Assembly (NCBI GenBank): GCA_047618295.1
Contig: JBLHKL010000003.1
Coordinates: 1-48,010 of the forward strand
Length of the DNA: 48,010 nt
Source of the DNA: Gammaproteobacteria bacterium
GTDB taxonomy: Bacteria; Pseudomonadota; Gammaproteobacteria; Eutrophobiales; Eutrophobiaceae
Direction: 5' to 3'
Part shown: positions 38,901 through 48,010 of the stretch, in pieces
Position numbering within the stretch: the stretch's first letter is position 1
How the letters are laid out: each line of letters opens with the position of its first letter
Program-made: the position numbers and the translations under genes
The notes under the pieces: model-generated
Told to the model about the DNA's origin: nothing
The model's input: the letters and a program-made list of their open reading frames with translations, nothing else
Database searches by the model: none

Positions 38901-40535
38901 ATGAATCCTGATCATATTTACGAAGCGGGACTTAATAAGAATCGCGCAAACTATACCCCGCTTTCACCATTAAGCTTTCTGGAAAGAACAGCTTTTATTT
39001 ACCCGAATTACGACTCTATTGTTTACGGTGATATCCGTTACCAATGGTCAGAGACCTATCGGCGTTGTCGTCAATTAGCTTCCGCTTTACAGAATAGAGG
39101 ATTAACAAAGGGTGATACGGTTGCTGTTATGTTACCGAATATACCTGCGATGTATGAAGTGAATTTTGGTGTTGCCATGGCAGGTGGTGTACTTAATGCG
39201 CTTAACATTCGGCTCAATGCGGAAACCATCGCCTTTATGCTTGAGCACGCTGAAGCAAAAATTATTTTAACAGACCGTGAATTTTCAGATGTTATAAGCG
39301 AAGCATTAGCAAAGTTAGAAAATAAGCCGTTAGTTGTGGATGTTGATGATCCTCTATTCGATGGTGGTAAGTTTTTAGGTGAACTTGAGTATGAGGAATT
39401 ACTTAAAGAAGGTTCGCCTGACTTTGAATGGCAACTACCCGATGATGAATGGGATGCAATCAGTCTGAATTACACTTCAGGCACCACTGGCGATCCAAAA
39501 GGTGTGGTCTACCATCATCGAGGCGCCTATTTAAATGCCGTTTCTAACAGTATGTTTTGGCAAATGCCACAACACCCTGTTTATCTTTGGACCTTACCGA
39601 TGTTTCATTGCAACGGTTGGTGTTTCCCTTGGACTATGGCGGCGAAGGCAGGAACCAATGTTTGTCTACGGAAGGTAGAAGTAGAGCCGATTTATGATCT
39701 TATAAAAAAGGAAAAGGTCGATCATCTCTGTGGCGCACCGATTGTGTTAAACATGATGGCGAATGCGGAAGAACAATTAACTCAAGGCATTGATCATAAG
39801 GTGAATGTGATGACGGCTGGGGCGGCACCTCCCGCTGCAGTGTTAGAAGCTATGCAAAAGATGGGTTTTGAAGTTACTCATACTTATGGGTTGACGGAAA
39901 CTTATGGGCCTGCTGCGGGTTGTGTTTGGAAAAGTGAATGGGACGAATTAAGCATGCTTGATCAATCTGGGTACAAATCCAGACAAGGTGTGCGTTACCC
40001 TATGTTAGAAGGTTTAATGGTCGCCAACCCAGAGACGATGGAACCAGTGGTAAAGGATGGTAATACCATGGGCGAAATAATGTTTCAGGGTAATATCGTT
40101 ATGAAAGGCTATTTAAAAAATGCGCCTACCACTAATAAGGCTTTAAAAGGTGGGTGGTTCCATAGTGGTGATTTGGCTGTATGGCATGCAGATGGTTATA
40201 TCGAGATTAAAGATCGTTCAAAGGATATTATTATTTCAGGTGGCGAGAATATCTCCAGCATTGAAGTTGAAGGTATCTTATATCGGCATCCTAAAGTTCT
40301 GGAAGCAGCCGTAGTTGCTAAAGACGACGAACGCTGGGGAGAGACTCCATGTGCCTTCATCACTTTAAAAGAAGGGCAAGAATTAAGTGTTGAAGAGCTT
40401 ATCTATTATTGTCGAGAGAATATGGAACATTTCAAAGCACCTAAGACGATTGTATTTGGGGCATTGCCAAAAACGTCTACGGGTAAGATTCAAAAATTTA
40501 AATTAAGAAAACAAGCCAATGAAATTACTGTTTAA
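38901..40535 (+). CDS. Short/medium-chain acyl-CoA synthetase
   Basis: YTSGTTGDPKG, YGLTE, GD, DRxKD, PKTxTGK. Confidence 0.9.
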   Translation: MNPDHIYEAGLNKNRANYTPLSPLSFLERTAFIYPNYDSIVYGDIRYQWSETYRRCRQLASALQNRGLTKGDTVAVMLPNIPAMYEVNFGVAMAGGVLNALNIRLNAETIAFMLEHAEAKIILTDREFSDVISEALAKLENKPLVVDVDDPLFDGGKFLGELEYEELLKEGSPDFEWQLPDDEWDAISLNYTSGTTGDPKGVVYHHRGAYLNAVSNSMFWQMPQHPVYLWTLPMFHCNGWCFPWTMAAKAGTNVCLRKVEVEPIYDLIKKEKVDHLCGAPIVLNMMANAEEQLTQGIDHKVNVMTAGAAPPAAVLEAMQKMGFEVTHTYGLTETYGPAAGCVWKSEWDELSMLDQSGYKSRQGVRYPMLEGLMVANPETMEPVVKDGNTMGEIMFQGNIVMKGYLKNAPTTNKALKGGWFHSGDLAVWHADGYIEIKDRSKDIIISGGENISSIEVEGILYRHPKVLEAAVVAKDDERWGETPCAFITLKEGQELSVEELIYYCRENMEHFKAPKTIVFGALPKTSTGKIQKFKLRKQANEITV

Positions 40536-40536
40536 A

Positions 40537-41277
40537 CTAATTGCAAACAGGGCAGGCAGGATCCTTTTTCAAGGTGGCTTGATTTAAATCCATATAAAGT
40601 GAATCGAGCAACAATAGTTTGCCTTGTAAAGTTTCTCCAATACCCATTAATAACTTAAGCGTTTCGTTAGCCTGAATACTACCAATGATGCCTAGCAAGG
40701 GTGCAATAACACCATTAGCGGTGCAAGTTTCCGAGGTAGCAACATCTTCACCGTATAAACATCGATAACAGGGTGATGTGTCATCTTTTGGATTAAACAC
40801 GGTAACCTGTCCTTCGAATCGAATAGCAGCACCAGAAACGAGTGGTGTTTTAGTTCTAACAGATGCTTCGTTTAATGCGAATCTTGTTTGAAAATTATCA
40901 GAGGCATCGACGATGACATCTGCTTTGATGGCTTCGTCTAATAGCTCATCACCTTCCAAGGCATGATCAATACATTCAATACTTATTTCTGGATTAATTG
41001 CTTGAAGATGTTCTTTTGCAGATTCAATCTTTAATCGACCAATGTCCGGAGTTGAATGAACGATCTGTCGTTGTAGATTACTGATGTCCACTATATCAAA
41101 ATCAACCAGTACTAATTGGCCGACACCGGCGCTGGCTAAATAAATTGATACAGGTGAGCCAAGGCCACCCAGTCCTATGAGCAATACGCGCGATTCATTG
41201 AGTCGTTCCTGACCTGCCGCATCGATCTCAGGCAACATCATTTGTCGGCTATAGCGTAGTAGTTGTTCGTCGTTCAT
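40537..41277 (-). CDS. moeB: MoeB/ThiF family adenylyltransferase
   Basis: RYSRQ, GLGGLG, SNLQRQ, CYRC, CPVC. Confidence 0.85.
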   Translation of the reverse strand: MNDEQLLRYSRQMMLPEIDAAGQERLNESRVLLIGLGGLGSPVSIYLASAGVGQLVLVDFDIVDISNLQRQIVHSTPDIGRLKIESAKEHLQAINPEISIECIDHALEGDELLDEAIKADVIVDASDNFQTRFALNEASVRTKTPLVSGAAIRFEGQVTVFNPKDDTSPCYRCLYGEDVATSETCTANGVIAPLLGIIGSIQANETLKLLMGIGETLQGKLLLLDSLYMDLNQATLKKDPACPVCN

Positions 41278-41451
41278 ATTACTAAATTTATTGTTGTAAA
41301 CTCAGATATAGGTTTTGAACATAATAACCCCAGCCGGCGGGTTGTTCATGGTGCTCGCGTCGATTTTTTTCACAATAACATTTCAATGAAGATATAAATC
41401 GACCTCTAAGCACTGCAGGCTCAAGTTCTTTTTCATCCGAATTCGATTTGT

Positions 41452-42288
41452 TCATGATAACCATTGCCCGATACTGACTCTGTCTAAATTACTATAGTCT
41501 TTTAGTGTTGATATAGTACTGAAATTATTCTCTTTCAGTAACTGTCTTATCGCTTTTCCTTGTTGGAAACCATGCTCAAGTAATAACCAACCATTTGTAT
41601 TAAGGTGTTTTTTTGCACCAGCAATAATTATACATAAATCATCTAGCCCTTCTTTTCCGGATACTAAAGCCGATTCTGGTTCGAAACGAACATCACCTTG
41701 TCTGAGATGTGGATCATCAATACTAATATAGGGTGGATTGCTGAGAATTAAATCGTAGGTGTTGATGTTTTTTATATCAAACCAGTTTGCTTGTACAAAA
41801 GTAATATTTTTTAGCTGGTGCGATTCAGCATTCAATTGAGCAATTTGCAGTGCACTTTCTTTAATGTCAGTTGCGGTAATGTTTGTTAATCGGCGATCGG
41901 ATGCAATGGCGATACTAATCGCACCCGTGCCCGTTCCTAATTCAAGAACAGAGCATGAAGATTCTTTGGGGATGCAATTTAATGCTGCTTCAACAAGTAC
42001 TTCCGTTTCGGGGCGTGGAATAAGTGTATCAGCAGTCACCTTTAGCTCCAGTGACCAGAATTCCTTTTTCTGTATCAAATGCGCAATAGGATGACCTTCT
42101 GTGCGCTGCACGATTAATTTGTTGAATGAATTTATCTCTGTATTGGATAAGTTTTGTTCAGGGTATGTATAAAGGTGGGCGCGTTCACATTTCAGAACTG
42201 AACAAAGCAAAATCTCTGCATCTAGTCTTGCACTGTCAGATTCTACAAGTTGCTGTTGAGCATGTTTTACGGCATCAACTATTTGCAT
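41452..42288 (-). CDS. prmC: Release factor glutamine methyltransferase
   Basis: LIPRPETE, LGTGTG, NPPY. Confidence 0.95.
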   Translation of the reverse strand: MQIVDAVKHAQQQLVESDSARLDAEILLCSVLKCERAHLYTYPEQNLSNTEINSFNKLIVQRTEGHPIAHLIQKKEFWSLELKVTADTLIPRPETEVLVEAALNCIPKESSCSVLELGTGTGAISIAIASDRRLTNITATDIKESALQIAQLNAESHQLKNITFVQANWFDIKNINTYDLILSNPPYISIDDPHLRQGDVRFEPESALVSGKEGLDDLCIIIAGAKKHLNTNGWLLLEHGFQQGKAIRQLLKENNFSTISTLKDYSNLDRVSIGQWLS

Positions 42289-42341
42289 ATTATAAGCAGG
42301 ATGTTAAACATAGATGTTCGTGGTAAATATAATAAACAATG

Positions 42342-42462
42342 AGCCACAGAGATCACAGAGAAAATACAAATTTAAATCAAAAGACATGCGGATATATAGT
42401 CTCTTAATAAAATATTGTCCTGTTTTTAATATTCAATGCTTTTCTCTGTGCGCTCTGTGGCT
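42342..42462. repeat. 121-bp element with 23-bp CACAGAG terminal inverted repeats (MITE-like)
   Basis: AGCCACAGAGatCACAGAGAAAA versus TTTTCTCTGTGcgCTCTGTGGCT, 21/23 complementary. Confidence 0.75.
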
Positions 42463-42479
42463 ATGTTTTAAATCATTAA

Positions 42480-43562
42480 TTAGTCATTAATCGATGCGAG
42501 TAGATCAGCTTGATATTCACTTATTAAGGGATCAATGACCATGTCGACATTGCCCTGTAGGAATTCATCGAGACGATAGAGTGTTAAGTTAATGCGATGA
42601 TCAGTAACACGGCCTTGTGGGAAATTGTAGGTGCGAATACGCTCGGACCGATCACCACTGCCTACCAGGTTGCGTCTGTTTTCAGCTTCTTCACTTTGTT
42701 GTTTATCACGTTCGCTATTGAGTAGCTTGGCTTGCAATAAGGACATCGCGCGCGCTTTGTTTTTATGTTGTGAACGTTCATCCTGACATTCAATAACCGT
42801 ATTAGTAGGTATATGAGTAATACGAATTGCTGAATCAGTCTTATTGACATGTTGTCCGCCAGCACCAGATGCACGAAAGGTATCTATACGTAGGTCGGCT
42901 GTGTTTATGTTTATTTCACTCACTTCATCCGCTTCAGGCAAAATAGCAACCGTACATGCTGAAGTATGGATTCGTCCTTGTGATTCGGTTTCAGGGACAC
43001 GTTGTACACGATGCGCGCCGGATTCAAATTTCAATCTTGAATAAGCACCTTCACCGATTATACGCATGATGACTTCTTTATAGCCTTCCAGATCGCTTTC
43101 GGTTGCGCTGATATGTTCTATTTTCCAAGCTCTTGATTCAGCATAACGCGAGTACATACGCATTAAATCGCCAGCAAACAATGCTGCTTCTTCACCACCG
43201 GTTCCGGCGCGTATTTCAAGAAATATATTACTGTTATCGGCGGGATCTTTTGGTAATAGCAACACTTGAAGTTCAGCTTCAAGTCGTTCATGTGTTGCAT
43301 CGGCTTCTTTAAGCTCTTCTACTGCAAGTTCGTGCATTTCCTTGTCACTATCTTTTAACATCTCTTTCGCATTGTCGATGTCTTCAACTGTCTTTCGGTA
43401 ATTGTTAAAACAACTGACAATAGGGCGCACCTCCGCATACTCTTGTGATAATTCACGGAATTTATTCTGGTTATTGATGACATCGGGATCAGATAGTAAG
43501 CCTTCCAGATCTTCTTGCCGTTCTAGTAGTTTTTCAAGTTTTAAATGTAATGATTCTTTCAT
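42480..43562 (-). CDS. prfA: Peptide chain release factor 1
   Basis: PET anticodon motif, GGQ; hemA-prfA-prmC order. Confidence 0.97.
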   Translation of the reverse strand: MKESLHLKLEKLLERQEDLEGLLSDPDVINNQNKFRELSQEYAEVRPIVSCFNNYRKTVEDIDNAKEMLKDSDKEMHELAVEELKEADATHERLEAELQVLLLPKDPADNSNIFLEIRAGTGGEEAALFAGDLMRMYSRYAESRAWKIEHISATESDLEGYKEVIMRIIGEGAYSRLKFESGAHRVQRVPETESQGRIHTSACTVAILPEADEVSEININTADLRIDTFRASGAGGQHVNKTDSAIRITHIPTNTVIECQDERSQHKNKARAMSLLQAKLLNSERDKQQSEEAENRRNLVGSGDRSERIRTYNFPQGRVTDHRINLTLYRLDEFLQGNVDMVIDPLISEYQADLLASIND

Positions 43563-43631
43563 GGTTTTTTCTAATAAAATATTTAGGGATCGTGCCTGAA
43601 TAGGCGCTTTACTTATCAGTAGCCGCGATAG

Positions 43632-44912
43632 CTACTGTTTTTTGTCTTTATGTTCTGAGTGTTCTCTGAGACTGTATAACTCTTCGGCAGCTTGAAGTAA
43701 ATCATCTCTGTTTTGGGCGCTTGCATTTCTCAATTTTGAACTGGGAACATGAATTAATTTATTGGTAAGATTACGTGCTGTCTCTAACAAGATAGTTTCT
43801 GGATCTGCACCATTCCGCAACTTTGACAATCCTTTTTGAATAACGTCTTCTTGAATCTGTTCAGCTTGCCCTCGTAATGCCCGGATTGTTGAAACGGCAT
43901 CGAGTGAACTCAGCCAGTCCATAAATTCTTGTGCCTGAGTATCAATAATTTTTTCTGCTTGTTTGGCTGCTTCTTGACGATTCTTTAAATTTTCTTGAAC
44001 CATATCCTTTAGATCATCGACGCTATATAGATAAATATCGTCCATGTCGCCGACTTCAACCTCTATATCACGAGGTACGGCGATATCAACCATGAACATA
44101 GGCTTATGCTTCCTGATTTTTATTGCGCTTTCAACGGCGCCCTTACCCAAGATCGGTAATGGACTAGCTGTCGAGGAGATGACAATGTCGGCTTCTGCCA
44201 GGTGGGACGGTATATCACCAATCTGAATGGCGTAGCCAGAATATTCGCTTGCCAAGCGCTGTGATCTTTCTAATGTACGATTAGCTATGATCATGCGGCC
44301 TAAGCCATTATCGTGCAGATGCTTTGCCGCGAGTTCAATGGTTTCGCCTGCACCAATTAATAATGCTGTTTGATCTTTTAATTCACCAAAAATTTGCTGT
44401 GCCAGTCGAACGGCCGCGTAAGCCACGGAGACAGGGTGATTTCCGATAGCAGTATTACTTCTAACCTCTTTGGCAACATGAAACGAATGTTGAAACAGTC
44501 GATTTAACTGGTGACCAATGCTGCCAGCACTAATGGCTTGATGATAGGCATTTTTCAGTTGCCCTAAAACCTGTGGTTCACCTAATATCATTGAATCAAG
44601 GCCACTGGCGACACGCAGTACATGACGCACTGCATTTTGATCCGGATGCTTATACAAAAAAGGCTGTAGCTGATCCTGTTTGATTCCATGAAAATTGTGT
44701 AACCACTCTACCGGGTTGTGATTATTCTGTTGGTCTACACTGCAATAAATTTCAGTACGATTACAGGTGGAGAGGATAGCCGCTTCATGTACGCCGTTCT
44801 GGTGCTTCAACTCATTCAGGGCGTCGGTGACGATATCATTACCAAAACTGACCTTTTCCCGAACTTCAATCGGTGCTGTTGAGTGGTTAATTCCGTAGGC
44901 AATAAGTGTCAT
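43632..44912 (-). CDS. hemA: Glutamyl-tRNA reductase
   Basis: STCNRTE, SGLDSMILGE, GAGE, DIAVPRD. Confidence 0.97.
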   Translation of the reverse strand: MTLIAYGINHSTAPIEVREKVSFGNDIVTDALNELKHQNGVHEAAILSTCNRTEIYCSVDQQNNHNPVEWLHNFHGIKQDQLQPFLYKHPDQNAVRHVLRVASGLDSMILGEPQVLGQLKNAYHQAISAGSIGHQLNRLFQHSFHVAKEVRSNTAIGNHPVSVAYAAVRLAQQIFGELKDQTALLIGAGETIELAAKHLHDNGLGRMIIANRTLERSQRLASEYSGYAIQIGDIPSHLAEADIVISSTASPLPILGKGAVESAIKIRKHKPMFMVDIAVPRDIEVEVGDMDDIYLYSVDDLKDMVQENLKNRQEAAKQAEKIIDTQAQEFMDWLSSLDAVSTIRALRGQAEQIQEDVIQKGLSKLRNGADPETILLETARNLTNKLIHVPSSKLRNASAQNRDDLLQAAEELYSLREHSEHKDKKQ

Positions 44913-45171
44913 GGTATTGGCAATTAAATGATATCTATATGAAAATTCTGTGCCATGATGTGGTCGAATACAAGGAAAATCAGGCTAAATATTGATTTCG
45001 TTGACTAATACATCAAATATAAATCATATGACCGAACTGAACAAATAGCCCAGTATCGAATCAATTATAATAGGTTTACCTTTTCAATATTGGATAAACC
45101 AGACGCAGTATTATTTTTAGTCCCGATCTGACAAAATGATCTAATAAAAAATAGAATTATAAATAGCAAAT

Positions 45172-46953
45172 ATGTCTCGATACTCTATATATAAGTGTTT
45201 ATTCAAATTACCGGTATTTCTACTGGTTTTCTTAGTGGTTGCCTGTACCACAGTGCCTCAAGAAGAGGTCAATATCGAAAATGTAGAGCCCACAAAAGAA
45301 GTGGCAGCAGTTGCTACTAAGCCAGAACCTGAACCAATACCCGAACGAGTACTACCAGAACGTCCTAAGGTCGAGCTCACCGAAGAGATTCTTTTTAAAA
45401 TACTGCTTGCTGAAATAGCCGGACAACGTGGAAGAATAGACGTTGCCGTTGATAATTATCTTGATTTAGCCAAATCGACCCGAGATCCGGTAGTTATTGA
45501 GCGAGCAACCCGGATATCAGTTTATGCACGTAATAATGAGTCTGCTTATGAAGCGGCCAGCCTTTGGGTTGAGGTTGATCCAATGAACCCTGACGCTCAT
45601 CAGGTTTTGACAGTAATGACCTTGCGTGAAGGGAATATTGATCAGGCCTTGCATCATCTTGAGATTATTTTGGAGAACTCACAAGGTCAGTTTGACCAAA
45701 AATTGTGGATGATTGCCAATTTCCTTGGTCGTGAAGATGATCATGCTGCAGTTTTACAATTGATGGAACGCGTGATGGAAAATCACATGGATGATGCTGA
45801 AGCTATGTTTGCCTTTGCTCATGTGACTGCGCGAATGGGTGATATGGAACGTTCTCAGGATTTACTGGAGCGCGTGCTTGAATTGAAACCGGATAACAAT
45901 GCGGCAGCGATGACATATCTCGCTCTATTACAAAAGAAAGGAGAATCAAATAAAGCGTTGGAATGGATTGAGTCCGCCCTTCAGGACAAGGAAGATGATT
46001 TTAATATGCGCATGGCCTATGCGCGTTTATTGACAGAGGCAAAGCGGTTTGATGATGCGCGGCTTCAGTTTGAAATACTTTCTGAACAAGCACCAAATAA
46101 TGTCGATGTAATTTACGCGCTTGGTTTACTTTATCTACAGACTAATCGACTTGATGAGGCAGAGAAATACTTTCTACGTTTAACGGGATTAAAAAAACGG
46201 GTTTTTGATGCTAATTATTATTTAGCGCGTATCGCAGAAGAAAAAGACCAGTTAGATAAGGCCAGTGATTTATATCAAGGCGTTCATGGCGGTGAAAACT
46301 ATCTTGATGCACGGATTCGTTTAAGTCTAATTCTTGCCAAGCAAGGTGACCTTGATAAAGCATTAAGTAATATACGTTCCATACAAAAATCAAAAGGTTC
46401 TAGCCGACTAATTTTAATACAGGCCGAAGGTGAAATACTTATCAACGCCAAGCGTTATCAGGAAGCAATGGACTTTTTTAATGAGGCTGTAGAAGAAAAA
46501 AGTCATGCAGACATACTCTATTCTCGAGCAATGCTTGCTGAAAAAATGGGACGTATGGATTTATTAGAAACTGATTTAAAAACTATTCTTGAAGAAGATG
46601 AGAATAACGCCACCGCATTAAATGCCTTAGGTTATACACTTGCAGATCGCACTGACCGTTATGAAGAAGCCTATGGCTATATACAGCGTGCTTATGAATT
46701 AAGTCCAAGCGACTTTTATATACTGGATAGCATGGGCTGGGTTTTATATCGCCTTGGACGTCTGGATGAAGCAGTTGAATATTTACAAAAGGCGATTAAA
46801 TTGAGAAACGATCCTGAAATCGCTGCGCATCTTGGTGAAGTTCTTTGGGTTAGAGGGGATAGGCAAGCAGCAAAAGATATTTGGGATACCGCACTTAAAG
46901 ATACACCCACAGACGATCGCCTGCTAGATGTCATAAAACGATTTAAACCGTGA
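45172..46953 (+). CDS. TPR-repeat lipoprotein
   Basis: Lipobox VAC, TPR repeats, LNALGY and DSMGW; located between hemA and lolB. Confidence 0.88.
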   Translation: MSRYSIYKCLFKLPVFLLVFLVVACTTVPQEEVNIENVEPTKEVAAVATKPEPEPIPERVLPERPKVELTEEILFKILLAEIAGQRGRIDVAVDNYLDLAKSTRDPVVIERATRISVYARNNESAYEAASLWVEVDPMNPDAHQVLTVMTLREGNIDQALHHLEIILENSQGQFDQKLWMIANFLGREDDHAAVLQLMERVMENHMDDAEAMFAFAHVTARMGDMERSQDLLERVLELKPDNNAAAMTYLALLQKKGESNKALEWIESALQDKEDDFNMRMAYARLLTEAKRFDDARLQFEILSEQAPNNVDVIYALGLLYLQTNRLDEAEKYFLRLTGLKKRVFDANYYLARIAEEKDQLDKASDLYQGVHGGENYLDARIRLSLILAKQGDLDKALSNIRSIQKSKGSSRLILIQAEGEILINAKRYQEAMDFFNEAVEEKSHADILYSRAMLAEKMGRMDLLETDLKTILEEDENNATALNALGYTLADRTDRYEEAYGYIQRAYELSPSDFYILDSMGWVLYRLGRLDEAVEYLQKAIKLRNDPEIAAHLGEVLWVRGDRQAAKDIWDTALKDTPTDDRLLDVIKRFKP

Positions 46954-47543
46954 TTCGATTCTTACCACTTTTACTAGCAGTCTCTCTGCTAGCTGCGTGT
47001 AGTTCCGCACCAAAAATTGATAAAGACTTAAAGCCGCAATTATGGCTTGAACATCAAATTGTTATCAATGGTATTACTGCCTGGAATATTAATGGACGTT
47101 TGGGAGTAAAGAACGATAAAGACAGTGGCACCGCCACTTTGCTATGGGAGCAATCCTATGCAGATTATGAATTACGAGTTATCGCACCACTAGGCCAAGG
47201 CACATACATCTTAAAAGGCACCCGTGATGGTGTTGTTATGCATGGCCCTAAAAATAAAATAACGACAGCCAACACTGCAGAACAATTAATCTATCAGGCG
47301 CTGGGCTGGAAGATACATATTAATGGATTAAAGTATTGGGTACGTGGGGTTCCTGAACCCTATATGACCTACAGTGAGCTTTTACTTGATGATAAAGGAC
47401 GACTCACAAATATGAAACAGTCTGGTTTTGACGTGAGTATTTTACGCTACACCGAACAGAATGGTATTTCCCTACCAGAAAAATTATCCATTAAGAGTGA
47501 TGATATTCAGTTGAAGCTGATCATCAAAGTCTGGAAGACATAA
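46950..47543 (+). CDS. lolB: Outer-membrane lipoprotein receptor LolB
   Basis: Lipobox LAAC, PLG, WVRG, LP motifs; synteny with ispE. Confidence 0.9.
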   Translation: MIRFLPLLLAVSLLAACSSAPKIDKDLKPQLWLEHQIVINGITAWNINGRLGVKNDKDSGTATLLWEQSYADYELRVIAPLGQGTYILKGTRDGVVMHGPKNKITTANTAEQLIYQALGWKIHINGLKYWVRGVPEPYMTYSELLLDDKGRLTNMKQSGFDVSILRYTEQNGISLPEKLSIKSDDIQLKLIIKVWKT

Positions 47544-47547
47544 TTAC

Positions 47548-48010
47548 GTGTTTAGTTCTGCATGGCCGGCACCGGCAAAATTAAATCTATTTTTACATAT
47601 AACGGGCCAACGGCCGGATGGTTACCATCTGTTACAAACCGTCTTTCAGTTTATTGAGTTGGCTGATGAAATTGATTTTACTATTTTGGAGTCGAATAAG
47701 GTTGAGCGTAGTTCAAGTCTAGAGGATGTTGCTGCTGCAGATGACTTAGTTGTTAAAGCTGCTCATGCCTTGAAGGAGAAAACAGGCTGTAAGCTCGGGG
47801 TAGATATTAAGGTAGACAAAAAGATCCCTACTGGTGGTGGTTTAGGTGGAGGTAGTTCCGATGCAGCAACGACGCTGGTTGCCTTGAATGAATTATGGGG
47901 CTGCGGATTATCGACCAAGGAACTGGCCCGTATTGGATTGTCGCTCGGGGCAGATGTGCCCGTATTCATTCATTCTCATGCGGCTTGGGCCGAAGGTGTT
48001 GGCGAGGATC
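47548..48010 (+). CDS. ispE: CDP-ME kinase, partial (runs off window end)
   Basis: [10 protein letters not shown], GYHx[21 protein letters not shown]; GTG start. Confidence 0.95.
   Translation, partial: MFSSAWPAPAKLNLFLHITGQRPDGYHLLQTVFQFIELADEIDFTILESNKVERSSSLEDVAAADDLVVKAAHALKEKTGCKLGVDIKVDKKIPTGGGLGGGSSDAATTLVALNELWGCGLSTKELARIGLSLGADVPVFIHSHAAWAEGVGED

Noticed and set aside
1938-47969. Many short ORFs nested in or antisense to assigned genes
   Set aside because: No recognisable motifs; explained as shadows of real coding frames.
1-48010. tRNA/rRNA genes, integrase, transposase, prophage or defence systems
   Set aside because: None recognised in the ORFs or spacers.

Overview
AT-rich gammaproteobacterial chromosomal window, mostly core and housekeeping genes. 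In order: a ColR/ColS-like two-component system ahead of a lipid-modification operon (desaturase, COG2907 FAD oxidoreductase, DUF1365, Cfa-type methyltransferase, DUF2878, DUF1295), purKE, a broken GGDEF gene, dsbA, cytochrome c4, engB, an M48 peptidase, rpmE, xth, prlC, a lemA-GIDE pair, a Fur-boxed iron block (bfr, bfd, TonB-dependent receptor, Fe3+ ABC), gcvH, tpx, dgkA, an lpxR-like gene, a MekB-like esterase, acyl-CoA enzymes, and moeB-prmC-prfA-hemA divergent from TPR-lolB-ispE. The most interesting signals lie outside the ORF track. (1) A candidate sigmaE-driven ~120-nt sRNA downstream of engB has three C-rich loops, one complementary to the RBS of the TonB-dependent receptor in this window. 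(2) Two tandem pqqA peptide genes sit behind a sigma54 promoter with no other pqq genes in the window. (3) There is a DARS-like DnaA-box triad with IHF sites. (4) Matching TTCACA direct repeats link the two-component system to the lipid operon. (5) Several pseudogenes and a CACAGAG inverted-repeat element are present. All family assignments come from motif recognition and recalled sequences, not from database searches.
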